Source of the DNA: Elsinoe ampelina
Taxonomy: Eukaryota
Reading direction: 5' to 3'
Assembly: GCA_010093995.1 (NCBI GenBank)
Contig: ML992519.1
Coordinates: 101,519-165,518, forward strand
Length of the DNA stretch: 64,000 nucleotides
In this document: positions 36,991 through 50,127 of the stretch, in pieces
Position numbering within the stretch: the stretch's first letter is position 1
How the letters are laid out: the number at the start of each line of letters is the position of its first letter
The notes under the pieces: generated by a model
Told to the model about the DNA's origin: nothing
The model's database searches: none
The model's input: the letters and a program-made list of their open reading frames with translations, nothing else
Translations under genes and position numbers: made by a program

Positions 36991-38063
36991 ATGCCACGTG
37001 CTCGTCCGGCAGAGCAAGTGGCAACTCTCGCCGTCCCGGCAGCCATCATATCTGCGCTTGGATATGGCGCATATCGGACCCGACTGCTAGCACTATTGTC
37101 GCAGTATCTATCACAACCTGGCCGCAAGTCCCGTGTGTTTGCACTGCTCTTACTCATCGTCAATTGGAAGAGTCTGCCTTTTGCGTGGACCGTAAGTCTT
37201 CGCAAGCATCATAAACCTGCTAGACCATCGTTCTCATTATACTTTTGTAGTTCCGCGTCTGGTACACAATGGTTACACACATACTTCTCCGGAAGCCTCC
37301 ATCGTATCCGCCCTCGTCACTCTTTTCGCCCGTTGTCACCTCATCTCATGTCTCCCTGTTCGAGACGGACTACAATCTCCACAAGTCAAACAGCACCTAC
37401 TTTGCCGACCTGGATGTCTCACGATCCCATCTAGTGTCGCACATCACCGCTCGTGGGATTAAGCTGCTCAATCGTAACGCCACAACAAGGCTTGTCATGG
37501 ATCCTACCAGCCCGAACAAGCCAGCAAAGGGTCGTTTCGGCGTCTTTCTAGGAGCAGTGCAATGTACTTTCCATCGCGAGATTGGACCATTCCAGCGGTA
37601 TGAGATGTGGTCTCGCATCCTCGCTTGGGATCGCAAGTGGCTGTACATGGTCACGCACTTTGTCGAGAAGGGAGCGAGCAAGGCTGGGAAGAAGGTTGTG
37701 CTGGAAACCCAAGGAGCAGGAAAGGCCAAGGGGACGGATGCGGCGAAGGTATATGGGACCGCAGTGAGCAAATACGTCTTCAAGATGGGAAGATTGACAG
37801 TCCACCCGGCTATCCTGCTGGATGCTAGTGATTTGTTGCCTGCCCGAGAGGGAGGTTGGGTTGTAGGAGAGGAGGGTGTTGTAGAGTCAGAAAATTTGGG
37901 AGAAGTCAGTGAGCAAGAAGCGGGGCAATGGTCATGGAGACAGACGGAGCAGAAGCGGCGGGAAGGAATGAAGTTCGCTGCCCACTTTGCTGCGCTGGAG
38001 GGACTGTCGAAATTCTTTGATGTAGACGCTGATGCCGTGTTGGGGAATTTCGCTGTCGGTTGA
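36991..38063 (+). CDS. Hot-dog thioesterase-like protein (THEM6-like); 1 intron
   Basis: NWKSLPFAWT|FRVW..., ETDYNLHKSNSTYFADLDVSR and WDRKWLYMVTHFV; intron GTAAGT..TAG at 37192-37250. Confidence 0.82.
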
Positions 38064-38383
38064 GGTAATGCTGGGTAGAGTTTCATGCATATAGATTGGG
38101 AAGAGTTTTATGCAGATAGCTCCAAAGAAGCTGCTGAAGAGTAGACACGTAACTTACATACAAGAGCGGGGAGGAACATAAGAGGGTGGAGCACTGGTAG
38201 TTTCAATCGAGATCAAGGGCTCGCTGTATGAATGGACATATCGTATGCATGTAGAGCGTGCTCATGGTCGTCTTATCATATTCTTGTTCAGCTTTTCTAG
38301 AGACGTGGACTGGTGCACGACTCTGCCCCTTTCGAGAAGCAATACCTTGACTCGCGGAAACAGTTCTGGCGCGTGAGCAGGTC

Positions 38384-38980
38384 CTAGTGGGCCTGGTTTC
38401 TGTCGAAGGTCTGAAGGTGAATGGGTCTTGTGCTGTCGTTGGTTCCCTCCCGGGCAAACTCGAGGTCGTGGTCCGATTCGCGTCTGAAGTAAGTGGTACT
38501 GTGATTGCGTGTTGGAATAACGTCGCTATCAACCCAGGTCTTGTCCATCAAGGGCCTCGGCAGCCACAGGGGTCGCGAAGATCCGTTATAGAACAAGCGG
38601 TAATGCAGGCGGAACGACGTGATGGCGCAGATCGTACCTATGACAGCACCAGCAAAAATGTCGATACCAGCATGATGGAAATCCGCATATCGAGAGGCAC
38701 AGATGAATAGTGCTCCAGCTGAAGGCGTCAGTGTCAGCACCAGACGCCATAGATGCTTGGAGGTCCACGCGTGGTTGTCGACTTGTCTAGATACTCTATC
38801 ATCTGACAGGAAAGGTAGTGGGACTTGGAACATGGCTGCAAGCCAGATGGATAAGAAGACTAGACCTGCACACGAGAAAGAAGAGTGTCCTGATGGAAAG
38901 CCTGCAAAGGCATCGTCCAAAAGTCGCTTGTTCGTCTGTTGGCATATCTCGGCCTGGACGCGAACTGGGCCCATGAGGCC
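38384..38980 (-). pseudogene. 3' half of a PAP2-family lipid phosphate phosphatase (5' half missing)
   Basis: ICQQTNKRLLDDAFAGFPSGHSS (C2) and SRYADFHHAGID (C3) are present. No C1 KxxxxxxRP motif, start or N-terminal TMs upstream; the upstream sequence is MFS-derived. Confidence 0.7.
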
Positions 38981-39720
38981 AAAGACCACCCAAAGAGCAG
39001 ACAAGATCAAGCCGCCACAACACACAGTAGCCACCCGTGACTTAAGCGGGCAAGCTGCAGTGGGAACGAGTTCGGCAACCCTTTTCGATCGAACCTAGCG
39101 CCTTGGACATCGTTGGTGCGGAAATGCCACAGGTCGATCTTGGTCCTGTGGTTGAGCAATACACCACTTGCAAAGCCCGCTACGATGCAGAACAATCCGT
39201 TGGTTAGAGAAGCGTATCCGACCCTGATTTGAAATAAATACACCGTAAGTCAGCACCAGGTTGTGGTGAAACTCACTCCGCCGTCGAACACGGGTAATGT
39301 CCTTCAAAACGTAAGTCCTTGACGCGAGCATCATTGAACATGCTGCATACATGCACCCTTCAAACATAACGGCGCAGAGGGCATCGAGCTCTTTCATGAG
39401 CGCCCATGGACCTGGCAGCTTTTCCGCACGCTCAGTAGAACTATTCTGCGGTCTCTTCGCCTTGCCATCCTCGGTTGTGAGAGCTCTCTCGCGCCGCACG
39501 AGGTCAAGAAGGGCATGATGTTGCCATCTGGTGTCTACGTTGGTGATTCGACGTAAAGTTCCTGGTTGGGTGAGAAGAACGGCCAGGAGAAAGATGCCGG
39601 CCAAAGTCAGCGAATTGTTCTCTGGAGAATAATGCGGAATGCTCACGAGTCCTTGGATACTTGAAGGCCAGCTTCCATGTAGGGTGGCCGTAGCTGATGT
39701 CCCAGCCTGGTATTCGCCCA
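38980..39720 (-). pseudogene. Internal fragment of a DHA1-type MFS transporter
   Basis: GIFLLAVLLTQPGTLRRI...KLPGPWALMKELD...GCMYAACSMMLAS; after an intron (about 39225-39274) VGYASLTNGLFCIVAGFASGVLLN...FPLQLARLSHGWLLCVVAA*SCLLFGWSL resembles the DHA1 LPET...NP...G..LD...FP.E.ARL...FGW pattern. In-frame TGA at 39007-39009. Confidence 0.55.
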
Positions 39721-40044
39721 TCCTGGGTGGCGCTGTCCTGGTAGTACTTAGCTTGGAGAATGATGACCAAGTTGAAACCCTGATCATCCTGCCGGTCTTG
39801 GCTGTCGAAGCTGGGGTCTGTAGGAATCGTGTGGTAGAACCGTACATCCTTATAGATGGGACAATGCGAGGTGTTCGAATTACCAAGGGATCGCAAAGGG
39901 ATCGTTCACTATGTGTTTGTATACATGATCGATCTTGATGACTAGCATGCGAAAAAACGCATACTTGACGGCAGTCCTTAATGTCATCGTTGGGATGAGA
40001 CATGAACTTCGGATGACATCCCCTCATCTCGTCACTGTGTCGTC

Positions 40045-40690
40045 TCCGTCAAGCCTTACATGGTTGGTCCTGGAGACCACGAGGCCAATTGTGATAATCG
40101 AGGTACCACCGATGCAGCAAACAATATTTCTTGAACCGAGAACATCAGTCAATATGGATTGACCAATTTCACTGGTTACCAGATCCACTTCCGCATGGTG
40201 AGTCAGAAGATATCCATGCCTCGACGTGTTCTAATGATGTCATGCAGCCATCCAGTGAGGATGATGGTCCAGAGAGCTTCCGCTACTCCTTCAACAACGA
40301 CATGGTGTATTTCGTTCAGCGGGACAGCGAAGCTGACCTTGAGCATGGTCTGAAAGGTCCAGGTGAGCCAGAAGGATCCGAGGATGAGAACTCCGGTCCT
40401 TTTGGCTCCCGCATCAACCAGCAGAAGGACTGGCTCGCGAAGAATTCCACTTTGGTGGGTAGAAACAAGATCCCTTGGATCATCGTTGCTGGTCACAGGC
40501 CACTGCACATCTCGGCCACGAACATGACGAGCACAGTCCACCATGGCTGCCAGAATGCCTTTGAGTCTCTCTTCCTGAACACTCTGTCGATCTTGCACTG
40601 TCCGGACCTGTCCACACCTACAAACGGAATGTTCCTTTGTACTATTACCAGGTCAACGAGAAAGAGCTGAACAACCCTCGAACCCCTTGA
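40045..40690 (+). pseudogene. Purple acid phosphatase (metallophosphoesterase) pseudogene fragment
   Basis: KPYMVGPGDHEANCDNRGTTD...*...TNFTGYQIHFRM (stop at 40132-40134); FRYSFNNDMVYFVQRDSEADLEHG...SGPFG...PWIIVAGHRP; frameshift near 40580 to SVDLALSGPVHTYKRNVP...ELNNPRTP*. Confidence 0.85.
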
Positions 40691-41764
40691 CGACGCATCA
40701 TGGCACCATTATCGAGTATCGGGTTCCTGACGTGAGAACCGAACATCCATCCTGGTAGGAAGGCAGGAAGAAGCAACCAGAGGGAGCATGGCAGAGGATG
40801 CTGAATAGAAATCCAGCAAGATCCTGAATTGGCCCATGGATGCGCTGTTAGTATGCACACTGTGCCATCGCACGACTGGATGAGAAAGCCAAAGTGGTCA
40901 TCGGAATTGAGATCACTTGCGATATCGAGAAAGTGCAGAAGCGGGATTATTTCCTCCAGAAAGAAACAAGGGAGAGAAGAGCACGGGAACGGGTCATCCT
41001 CGGTCATTATGCAGGGAGGGCGCTCCGGTGGGTCCAGGGACGATCAGCCGGCGGGAGCGGCGATCTTACCTTGATATTTGGCATACGAGAAGATCTGCAT
41101 CATCTCACTCTGATGTCTCTAAGATCTTCACAATATACGAGCTCTGTTCCGCTGCGCCCTTCTAAGATCCGTGGTAAGCAATGGGACAGAACTACAGTAT
41201 TTCGAAGGGTGACATCGCCTTCTGATCCGGGTCCACGAAGTACGACATTCGGCGTATGGTGGTTCCGGCTGCTACTCCAAACGATCAATGCCACTCGGTC
41301 ATCGCGGGAGTTGTGGTAGTCCTGACGCCGTTTGCCTCAACTGGCAAACATGTCACCGCTCTTGCGTGGAAGCATATCCACCGAATCAGTAAGAATCTGC
41401 GCCTGCCAATGTACATGCTAGGCTGACTAGCGGACCGTGTCGAGGTAAGCGATGCGATCGACGAGGTTCGTGCAGTCGTATTTCGGCCTGTTCCCTGGTG
41501 TCACGACCTCATCGCTCTATTTTGAGGAGAGGGATATGGATCATCTGACGTCTGCATGGTAGATCTTTCTTTAGAGGTAGGTGCGTCCGACTCGAAGAAT
41601 GCAATGCCTCGAAAATTGTATATACAAGTAAGCCACCAGCAGTCAGTCACAGATCATCACATTCAACAATTATCAAACAATCACATCAGCATTACAGGCT
41701 TTTCAAACTACCAAAGACATTACTTAGTAATCATAATCCTCGACACAGCACCAACTCATCAACC

Positions 41765-42175
41765 ATGAAGTTCATCTCGGCCATGTCCCTCTTCACGGCT
41801 GCTGCCTCCGCCATCACTGTTTCCTACGACACAGGTTACGACGATGCCGGCCGGTCTCTCACGGCACTCGCCTGCTCCGACGGAGCCAACGGCCTCATCA
41901 CCCGCTACGGTTGGCAAACGCAAGGCCAGATCGCACACTTCCCCCTCATCGGAGGTGCGGATGTCATCGCTGGATGGAACAGTGGTAGTTGCGGGACATG
42001 CTGGCAGCTGAGCTACAACGGGAATACAGTGAATGTGTTGGCGGTGGATAGCAGCCAGGCGGGGTTCAACATTGGTCTTCAGGCACTCAATGCCTTGACA
42101 AACGGCCAGGCGGAACAATTGGGCAGGATTGATGCCGGTGCTGTCCAGGTTGGTTTGGACCAATGTGGATTGTAG
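41765..42175 (+). CDS. Cerato-platanin family secreted protein (SnodProt1/Epl1-like)
   Basis: Signal peptide, [38 protein letters not shown] and C-terminal CGL; 4 Cys. Confidence 0.95.
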   Translation: MKFISAMSLFTAAASAITVSYDTGYDDAGRSLTALACSDGANGLITRYGWQTQGQIAHFPLIGGADVIAGWNSGSCGTCWQLSYNGNTVNVLAVDSSQAGFNIGLQALNALTNGQAEQLGRIDAGAVQVGLDQCGL

Positions 42176-42398
42176 ATGCATCAAAGCAGACGTGGGGGTG
42201 TGGACGGGGGATTGAGACCATCGTGGCATGCACAGCGCTTTACTTTATTATCACACTCCCTTGAAGTTATCATTTGCATAATGGGGGAAGTCGGAGACAA
42301 GACCACAAAGACAGGGGACGACATGGAATGACACAATCTAATTGAACTGCTTCTATTGCTTGTGTGGTGTACGATATGTGCAAAAACGAGACCAGGTA

Positions 42399-43653
42399 TC
42401 ACTCGGCGTCAAGTGGCGCGACTGGTGGGTTGTCATTGACCTGAATACCCCCACGCTTCTTGTGCTCGTTGTCCTCAAAAGGCAAATTCCAGCCACCTTC
42501 GCTATGCGGAGTTGCGAGCCACAGCCTCATCAGATGTCTGCGAGGAAGAGGAGGAGCGTGGTCCTTGTAGGCGGTTCGGGCGTGGAGGATGTGTGCGTTG
42601 GACAAGAACTGGATGTCGCCAATCTCCAAGATCATGTGGAGAGCCAGGCGATTGCAAGTCTCTTCCAGTACGGTCGCGGCCTTCTCCTGCTCGGGCGAGA
42701 GAGCGGGAATCAGACCCTTTTCGGAGAAGCGCTTAAGAGACCGGATATAATACGGATCCCACTTGGAATACAAGCGACCATTTGGACCGGGCTCCATGTA
42801 GAAGACGGCGGTTCTGATCCACTCTTCTTGACCAAAGGATGTCTCTCCCTTGCGGTCAAAGTACCAGATTGGCTTGGTGAGCGTCTCTGCGACGTCCGGG
42901 TTCTCCTTCTGCAGAGTGTTCCAAACGTGATGCACAGAGACGAGATCAGACTCTCCTCCCTCGAGTGCGCGAGCGACGCACAAAAGGCCCACGAGGTCAC
43001 TGTCATCGGCGTGGAAGTACTGGCGAGCGTTCGTGCGGTAGATGCGGACCTTGTCGATCTGTGTGCTGTCCTCGCCGACATCCTTGACATGGCCGAGGAC
43101 ATGACCGCGACTGTTCTGCGACACGAAGTAGCCGAGGTATGTGCCGAGACCCATGTATGCAACAGCTGACTTGTGATTGCCCCATTCTTGCACCGGGAAT
43201 CCCTTGAAGAGGATGAAGCCCTTGCCATTGAGCAACTCATTGCGCAGAGCGGTGAGGGAAGCGGCCATCTTTGGAAGAGCGAATTTCTCCTGTGACATTG
43301 ATCAGCGCGTGGACTACGGAAATTGAGATGGGTCTTCTCACCTTTGATATACCGGTCAATGGTGTGCCGGAAGCAAGAAATTCGTCGGCTGCTTTGCCCA
43401 TCTCTGCGACTTCCTCTTCACTGAAGGCATGCGTCCACGTCTCAGGGTTGTTCCTGTACTCCGAAGCATCCCAGACGGTGGGACCAGTGATCTCCTTCGG
43501 GAACTCAGAGTATGGTTTTAGGAGGTCATATTCGGGAGGACATTGTCCAGCAGTTTTGATGCCGTCGGGAAAGACATCCTTTGATGGATGCTTGTAGTCG
43601 AAGACCTTCCCAAGCGGGACGTCAACGGGCAATTGGGTCGCGATTGGTGCCAT
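42399..43653 (-). CDS. TauD/TfdA-family Fe(II)/2-oxoglutarate dioxygenase; 1 intron
   Basis: QYFHADDSD (HxD), HILHARTAY and RHLMRLWL; intron at about 43289-43341. Confidence 0.88.
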
Positions 43654-44941
43654 GGTGGAGTAGATTGCCAATGTCAAGACCCTTGCTCTTTGCAAATTGC
43701 GTGAGATGGAATCCTAGTCGATGTTGTTCAGCCGTATACAGCGTCTGATACAACAGAAGAGAAAGCGAGTAGACCAGTATATAATCCATGGTAACTGCCA
43801 GTGTCGGAACCCCTAAATCGGCGACAAGTCTCAGCGATGCGGAGCCTTTGATGCGTAGTAAATATGTGGTACTGTAATTGGGGTGACCTCAAGATACAAG
43901 AGAATTGCGTGCTCGACGAAGGAGGGTTTGGTGTGAGGAAATCACCGATCAGACCCCGAGGAATCGAGCGGGATGATGCAGGTGCGGGGACTCGAGTCGG
44001 CAGTGATTGGTGTACCTTCCGGCAAGCGTGATGCTAGTCCATGGATCGCTTGATGGTGCTATCGAAGTCGTGATATTGTGAGAGGGAAGAGAGTCAGGAG
44101 AGAAGATGCTGAAAGGCAGAATTGACGCAAAGATGAACCTCTGAGGAACGAGAGGGAAAGATGGGTTTTTGAAACGAACAGTGAGGGTAGGAGGGCAGCA
44201 ACCAGGGCTGAAACGTGAAGAGAGACACCAGCGCTGGCGAGATGAACAGATACCCCTCAATTGCTTGTCTATCGACTTGGCTGGTCAGAGATACGGAGTA
44301 TTGTTCAAGATGAAAGCTCACATGAATGAAAAGTGCAAAAGACCTGGTAGTAAAGGTCGAATTATTTCTGATTCGATAATCCAGTGGCTGAGGAGTGACA
44401 GCATCCAGCATGACCGTTGCGGATAGGTACGATAGTTGTGGTCAAGAAGGTGGAAGGCACAACGTTCGTCGATGCTATCGATAGAAGGAAGCGCTGGACG
44501 TGCACTGACATTGAAAGGCCTCGCGTATTGGATGATAGCATGTTCGCTGACAGTTGTGGTGTGATCCATACGTGGTGGTTTGATAGGTTGCACCACTTTT
44601 TTATTTCATGTGCATATTCCTTCGAGTGCATCTGCTCCTCGTACCAAGTACACGATGATCCGACGTGTAGGTCGATACCTCGCTATTGCCATGACCAGTG
44701 CCCAAAATGGAACGACATTTGCCACAATGCTTGTACTACCAAGAGTATGCATCCATGATGCAGTGTTGGGATGTATGACGCCATGAAGCTCATCCTCTGA
44801 CACCTGCCCAAGCCTTGATGTATACGATTTCATCCTTCTGATCAACCAACCTATTCTTGTATGTACGTACAGTCACTTGTAGTCTGGGCTTGCATAATCA
44901 CGCATAACACATCTTCACGCCACCCATCTCATCCAACCGTC

Positions 44942-45415
44942 ATGTTGGATCCTCGCACCTTTCCCCGCCCTCCTAAGCTGGAGCGCATAACAAAGGAGAT
45001 CCTCATAAAGTGGCCTGGACCAAATGGATCGACCATGGCGCACACCAGGAATGCGTTCTGGGTGCTTGAGACGTATCATCCACCTACGTACTACATCCCA
45101 CCATCGGACATTAAGATCCCTCTGGAGAAGCTGTCACGGCAGACCTATTGTGAGTGGAAAGGGGCTGCATCATACTTCACCTTCAATACACCGGAAGGAA
45201 GGAAGATTGACAGTAGAGTCTGGACGTATGAGAATCCAACGCCTGGATTCAAGGACATCAAAGATTATTTGTGCTTCTACGCCGATGATAGATGGGAGTG
45301 CATCGTAGATGGCGAGAGGGTAGAGCCACAACCAGGTGACTTCTATGGTGGCTGGATGACGAAGGACATAGTGAGAGAAAGTGTCAAAGGAGCACCGGGG
45401 ACGAGGTTCTGGTAG
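44942..45415 (+). CDS. DUF427 family protein
   Basis: FPRPP, VLETYHPPTYYIP, CEWKGAASY, WTYENP and QPGDFYGGW. Confidence 0.85.
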   Translation: MLDPRTFPRPPKLERITKEILIKWPGPNGSTMAHTRNAFWVLETYHPPTYYIPPSDIKIPLEKLSRQTYCEWKGAASYFTFNTPEGRKIDSRVWTYENPTPGFKDIKDYLCFYADDRWECIVDGERVEPQPGDFYGGWMTKDIVRESVKGAPGTRFW

Positions 45416-45520
45416 TGAATAGTCATATCAAGATTTCATTTGGCATTGCTATCAATAATTCTGAAACGTCCGAAAGTAGGACTGTGTCATGAAGCCATAT
45501 CGTCTCTTCCAAACCGTGGA

Positions 45521-47038
45521 TCAGTACGCGAATAGCAGGACCGCCTCGTTGTCTGTCTGCCTGATCTTTCTGTTGATTCTGATAAGCCAGACCTTCATGC
45601 ACCAAGCGCCGACAACGGTTGCGAAAGAGAAGGCGGCACTAGACGTCATGGCGATTGTGTATCTTGGTTCATCAGAAGATGGCCAGAGGTACGGCGTCCA
45701 GATGAACGAGACATTGGCGATTGTGTTGACAATGGCCAACGAGCAAGCCTTCTTCTCCTTCGTTTGACCACATGTTGACGCTACCCATCCGAGAATGACA
45801 GAATTGACAGCATAGGTACCGATGGAAAAGACTACCATGGCAAAGTAGCGAGCGCCGGTGTTGAGCGTTGCAAAACCAAGAATGAAACCGAAGATGGCAA
45901 TAGCCTTTGCAACAGTGATGTGCCAGGTACGCTCGTTCTTGCGGCCAGAGTGCCACGACCAGAGAATAGATGTCGCACCAGCGATGAGATATGGCGGGCA
46001 GGTAAGGACGAGAGTGATGGTCTGATTGAAACCGAGAGTCTTCACAGCAGTTGGGAAGAAGTTCTTGAAACCATTGGCCGCCAAATGCATGTGTTGCATG
46101 AAGGCGAAAAGCCAGAGCTTAGGATCGCTGGCAGCGTTGACGAGACCCTTCCAGGATGTCTCACCCCCCTCGTCACCGACGGTGTCCTTCTTGATACGGT
46201 CATGTGCGAGTTGACGCTCATCTGGGGTGAGCCACCTGGTGTTCAAAGGCTCATCGGCCAAGCAGAAGAAAGCAACGATGGCAGTGACGAAAGTGGCAGC
46301 ACCTTGAATGATGAAGAGCCAGCGCCAGCCGGAGATGCCGAGCTTGTTGTCGAGTTGGAAGATACCGAGCGCGATTAGACCAGCAAAGGCCGTGGCGAGG
46401 ATGTTGCCGGTATAGAGGATGGAAATGCGGGTGGCAATCTCCTTACGGGTGTAGAAGATGGACAGCATGTAGAGAGCTCCGGGATAGTACGGCGCCTCTG
46501 TCACGCCCAAGAAGAAGCGGGTGAGGAGGAGACCGATGTAGTTTTGGCTGAGAGCGGTGAGTGCCGAGACGATGGCCCAGACGGCGACCCAAAAGGACAT
46601 CCAGAGAGACGGGCGAACGCGGGTGAGCAGCATGTTGGAGGGTACCTGGCCCAAGATGTAGCCGACGAAGAGGATGGACACGCAAGTTTGGTATTGCGAT
46701 CCAGTAAGTTGGAGGTCGTCTTCGAGGTCGTTGAGACGGGCAAGGGCGATGGCATTGCGATCCTATCAATTTGTGAGAATGAGGAGATGTACATCCTGGG
46801 TGAGTGTACTCACAAGATAATTCAACCAATACATAATCCACAGGGTGGGCATGATCCATCGGTCGAGCTTTCTCACGAGAGCAATCTCTGCTGGATCCGT
46901 CTTTGCGTGGGCACCGGAGTAATCGAGCTTCTCGACGGGCTCTTTGCCCTCTTCGCCGAGAGCATATTCGACATGAGAGTGGGTGGGCTTGTTGGTCTCA
47001 ATGACCTCAGCCTTTTCGTTGCGGATGCTTCCAACCAT
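45521..47038 (-). CDS. MFS transporter, allantoate/nicotinate (ACS) permease family; 1 intron
   Basis: LVRKLDRWIMPTLWIMYWLNYL|DRNAIALAR, GQVPSNMLL, RFFLGVTEAPYYPG, GWRWLFIIQG; intron 46764-46812. Confidence 0.9.
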
Positions 47039-48317
47039 GATGAGGAAGTTAAAGTGTAGGAAGATTGTTGGTTACACCGATGGGAGCGGCTTGAAAGATT
47101 AAAGCAGAGGGGCAATGGGGGCAATATATGCTCCAGATCGTCCAAACCTGGAGAACATCTGGGGTCAAGGTTCATCCCCATCCAAGACCGACAATCAGCC
47201 AGCGGGATGATCAAGTTGTAACATCGCGGGACGAGTAGCCGTTCTGAAGCCGCATCAGCAAGCCTCAATAACGGGTCCCGGAAAGCCAGTCCTGATGCAG
47301 GTGAGTGGTCAGTGGTAGTTAGACCACTTTGGACATCGATCGCTGATTGCTCGGTCGTATGAGGGGTGAGGTGATAACGGTACGGAAAAGGTTGGTCTCG
47401 CCAGGGCGCCTAGAAAAAGCCTAACACGAGAAGGCGAAACGAAGACACGCGTGGCTGCATTGGCAACGTCTGGGGTCGCACTACCAGGGGGGCGGGGCGT
47501 CCTCCAGACCGGTCAAAAGACGGTGGAACAGAGTGCGGAAGGAGTGGGAGGGCAGCACCGCCGAGTCTGCCAAGATGCTAGCGTGACCATTGATGACAAG
47601 CGCCAGGCCATGTGATGTTTCTGCGCTTGTCTGCGTATGCCCAGGCACGTCAAGAATTTGGCTTAGCTTCTTATGGTGGCTTGATGTGAAGATCCAGGGT
47701 TGGACCCCACATTCTTCCTGTGGGAAATGGTCAATCTAGGCATGACTGGCTAATCGTTCTGCCCTGATCTTTTGATCCGAATTCTGAATGTTCCAGTTGT
47801 GTGTACAGTAGTGCCATGTGGCTGCAGGCAATGTTCAACTTGGCTTCGGGTCCAGCTCGGAAATCAAGCCTGTGAGTTTGTATCTACTGAAGCTTCCAAC
47901 AACGGTAATTCTCGTATAAAAACGACATGTGGTGAAACCTTGAGGTTATCCTGGTGCCCAGAGAACGGCTGGAGATTTGATCTACGGTAGGTTGAATGTT
48001 TGGCCGATATCTGGGGGAACCATGTGCCTGAAGAGGCTGACAGGAGATCTGGCCGGCCAAACGTGAAGGTTATCATGACTGTTCGCAATTCTGGCTGAAC
48101 CATACTCGAGCGGGATTACTTGCGACGGCTGACCTTGCAAGCACTTCGGTGTCCAAGGCTACAAAAGTCCGCCTTGTACTACTACACCAGTCCACCACGC
48201 TCATTGTGATTACCTTGCGACGCAGACTTGGCCCCAGGTCTTTGCCGGAGGGTGGAAGGAGGGGCAATAATGATGTGCAATTGGCAACGACGAATCGGCT
48301 CAATATTGGAAGTCTGA

Positions 48318-48362
48318 GGGCCTGTGAAGTCTTTGCTCCTTATTCGATAAGTTACTTCTTCT
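48318..48362 (+). repeat. Left TIR of the PIF/Harbinger element
   Basis: Begins GGGCC after TGA; inverted match to 58130-58174. Confidence 0.85.
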
Positions 48363-48519
48363 TAGCGATAAGTAACTGCTATAAAGTCTAGTAAGGAGAA
48401 TTAGTAGCGCTAATGTAGCTAGTTGCTAGCTAGTAGCGGTTAAGGCTATCTAGCGTGCATTAGTGCTAATATAGGCTCTCCTTATTACTAAATAAGTACC
48501 TCTAGAGATACTTATTTAG

Positions 48520-49570
48520 CAATAAGGAGGATTCTACTACTAAGAATTAAGTAACTCTACCTCCTTAAGTGTTCTTAGTTATTCTTCTATACTATCTTAA
48601 TTATAGCCTCTAACTCTTTATAGGCTTCTATAGCATCTATAACTCTACTAAAGAAAGAGCTAGTTATTTAGTAGATAAATAAGATAGTACTTACTACACT
48701 AGTAGTATTTTAGAGAATAAAGAAGAGTAGTAAATAAGTATAGAGTAGATAGAAGACTAAAGCCTTTAGAGACGCTACTAAAGTAGTTACTACTTTAGTA
48801 AATACTCTAATTATCTTACCTAAATAGGTAAATAATAAGCTATTAAATTTAAAGCTAGAGTAGTTTACTTAGAAGGTATTAAAGAGCTAGAGTAGCTAGT
48901 TAATAGACTAGAGAGGCATTTCTATTACTAGTTATAAGACTATAGAGAAGTACTATAAGGCTTATAAGTGTACTTAGAAGTACTATAATAAGGTATTTAA
49001 ATTTAAGACTAAGTATAATAAACTCTAGACTAATACTACTACTACTAGTAACTTTATAATTAGCCTTAATCTACTAGTTAAAGATAGTACTTATACTACT
49101 AAGGAGATAGATAAGAATAAGAAGAAGTTAATCTTATAGGCTATATTATAGCTAGTACTATAGGTGCTAAGTATAAGACTAAGTAACTTTTCTAAAGAAG
49201 TAAGTTAGAAGAGAAAGAAGAAGTTAAAGATTAATACTATCTATAAGAATCTTACTAAGTAACTATATATAATTAGATTTATAATAATAATAAAGAATAA
49301 GCTAACTACTAAACTAACTACTATTACTATTGCTACTAATAAGCTAGTAGCTAAGTTCTTCTTCTTACTACTAGCTTTTATTACTTAAGTTATACTCTAG
49401 CTTAACTTAAGTATAAATTCTTTTAATACTATAATAGAGAATATAAAAGTAGAGATAGTAGCTTTATAGATTAGTATACTATTATTATAGCTTTATAAAG
49501 CATAGTAATAGTAGTATAAAGAAGGTAAAGAAGATAGAAAAGATAAAGAAGAAAGAGATTTATAGTAAGA
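48520..49570 (+). pseudogene. Harbinger Myb/SANT-like DNA-binding ORF, RIP-inactivated (ends approximate)
   Basis: The frame at 48741 reads *SR*KTKAFRDA...*VNNKLLNLKLE*FT*KVLKS*SS*...TTTTSNF, which reverses by C/G restoration to SGWK.EAF...QV.NKL..LK.EW..W..L.SQSGW...ATG, the Myb_DNA-bind_3 pattern. Confidence 0.65.
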
Positions 49571-50127
49571 GTTAGCTTATAGATAAGTAAAATTTATTAC
49601 TTCTCTATATACTAATAGAGAAGACTTTTACTATAAGATATACTAATAAAAACTCTTCTATTATAGTAAAGATAAATAGTTATATATAAATTGCCTCTTT
49701 TAGACTATTATTTAGTAGTACTTCTTCTTATATCTAGTACTTCTTAATAATCTCTCTATATTCTTTTAGCTAGTAACTCTCTTTTCTTTACTATAGTAGC
49801 GTCTTCTAAAGTAACTATTAGTAGCTAGCCTTTAGTTAATTTATCTCTAGTACTTAAATTGTCTATAGTCTCTACTATAATAAGGTTAAGTCTCTAGTAA
49901 TTAAGTAAGAAGTTATAAAGAGTAGTAAGTATATATACTAATTTTATCTATATATATATATCTAGATAGTAATTAGTATACTTTAAGACTTTAAATCGAG
50001 TCTTAAAGATACTAAACATTTATTCTACTATATTTTACACCTATAAGTAATAGAGATTAAAGAGCTTATAAGGTGTCTAAGACTTCTTCTTATAGGCTAG
50101 CTATTTATAAAGGTAGTATTATATACC

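Noticed and set aside
39095..40027. 310-aa ORF as an intact gene
   Set aside because: Only its middle resembles an MFS fragment; it reads through apparent intron sequence, so it is treated as a pseudogene.
40700..41700. Short ORFs between the phosphatase relic and cerato-platanin
   Set aside because: No recognisable homology or consistent frame.
42342..43169. 275-aa ORF antisense to the TauD gene
   Set aside because: Shadow ORF caused by strong codon bias on the coding strand.
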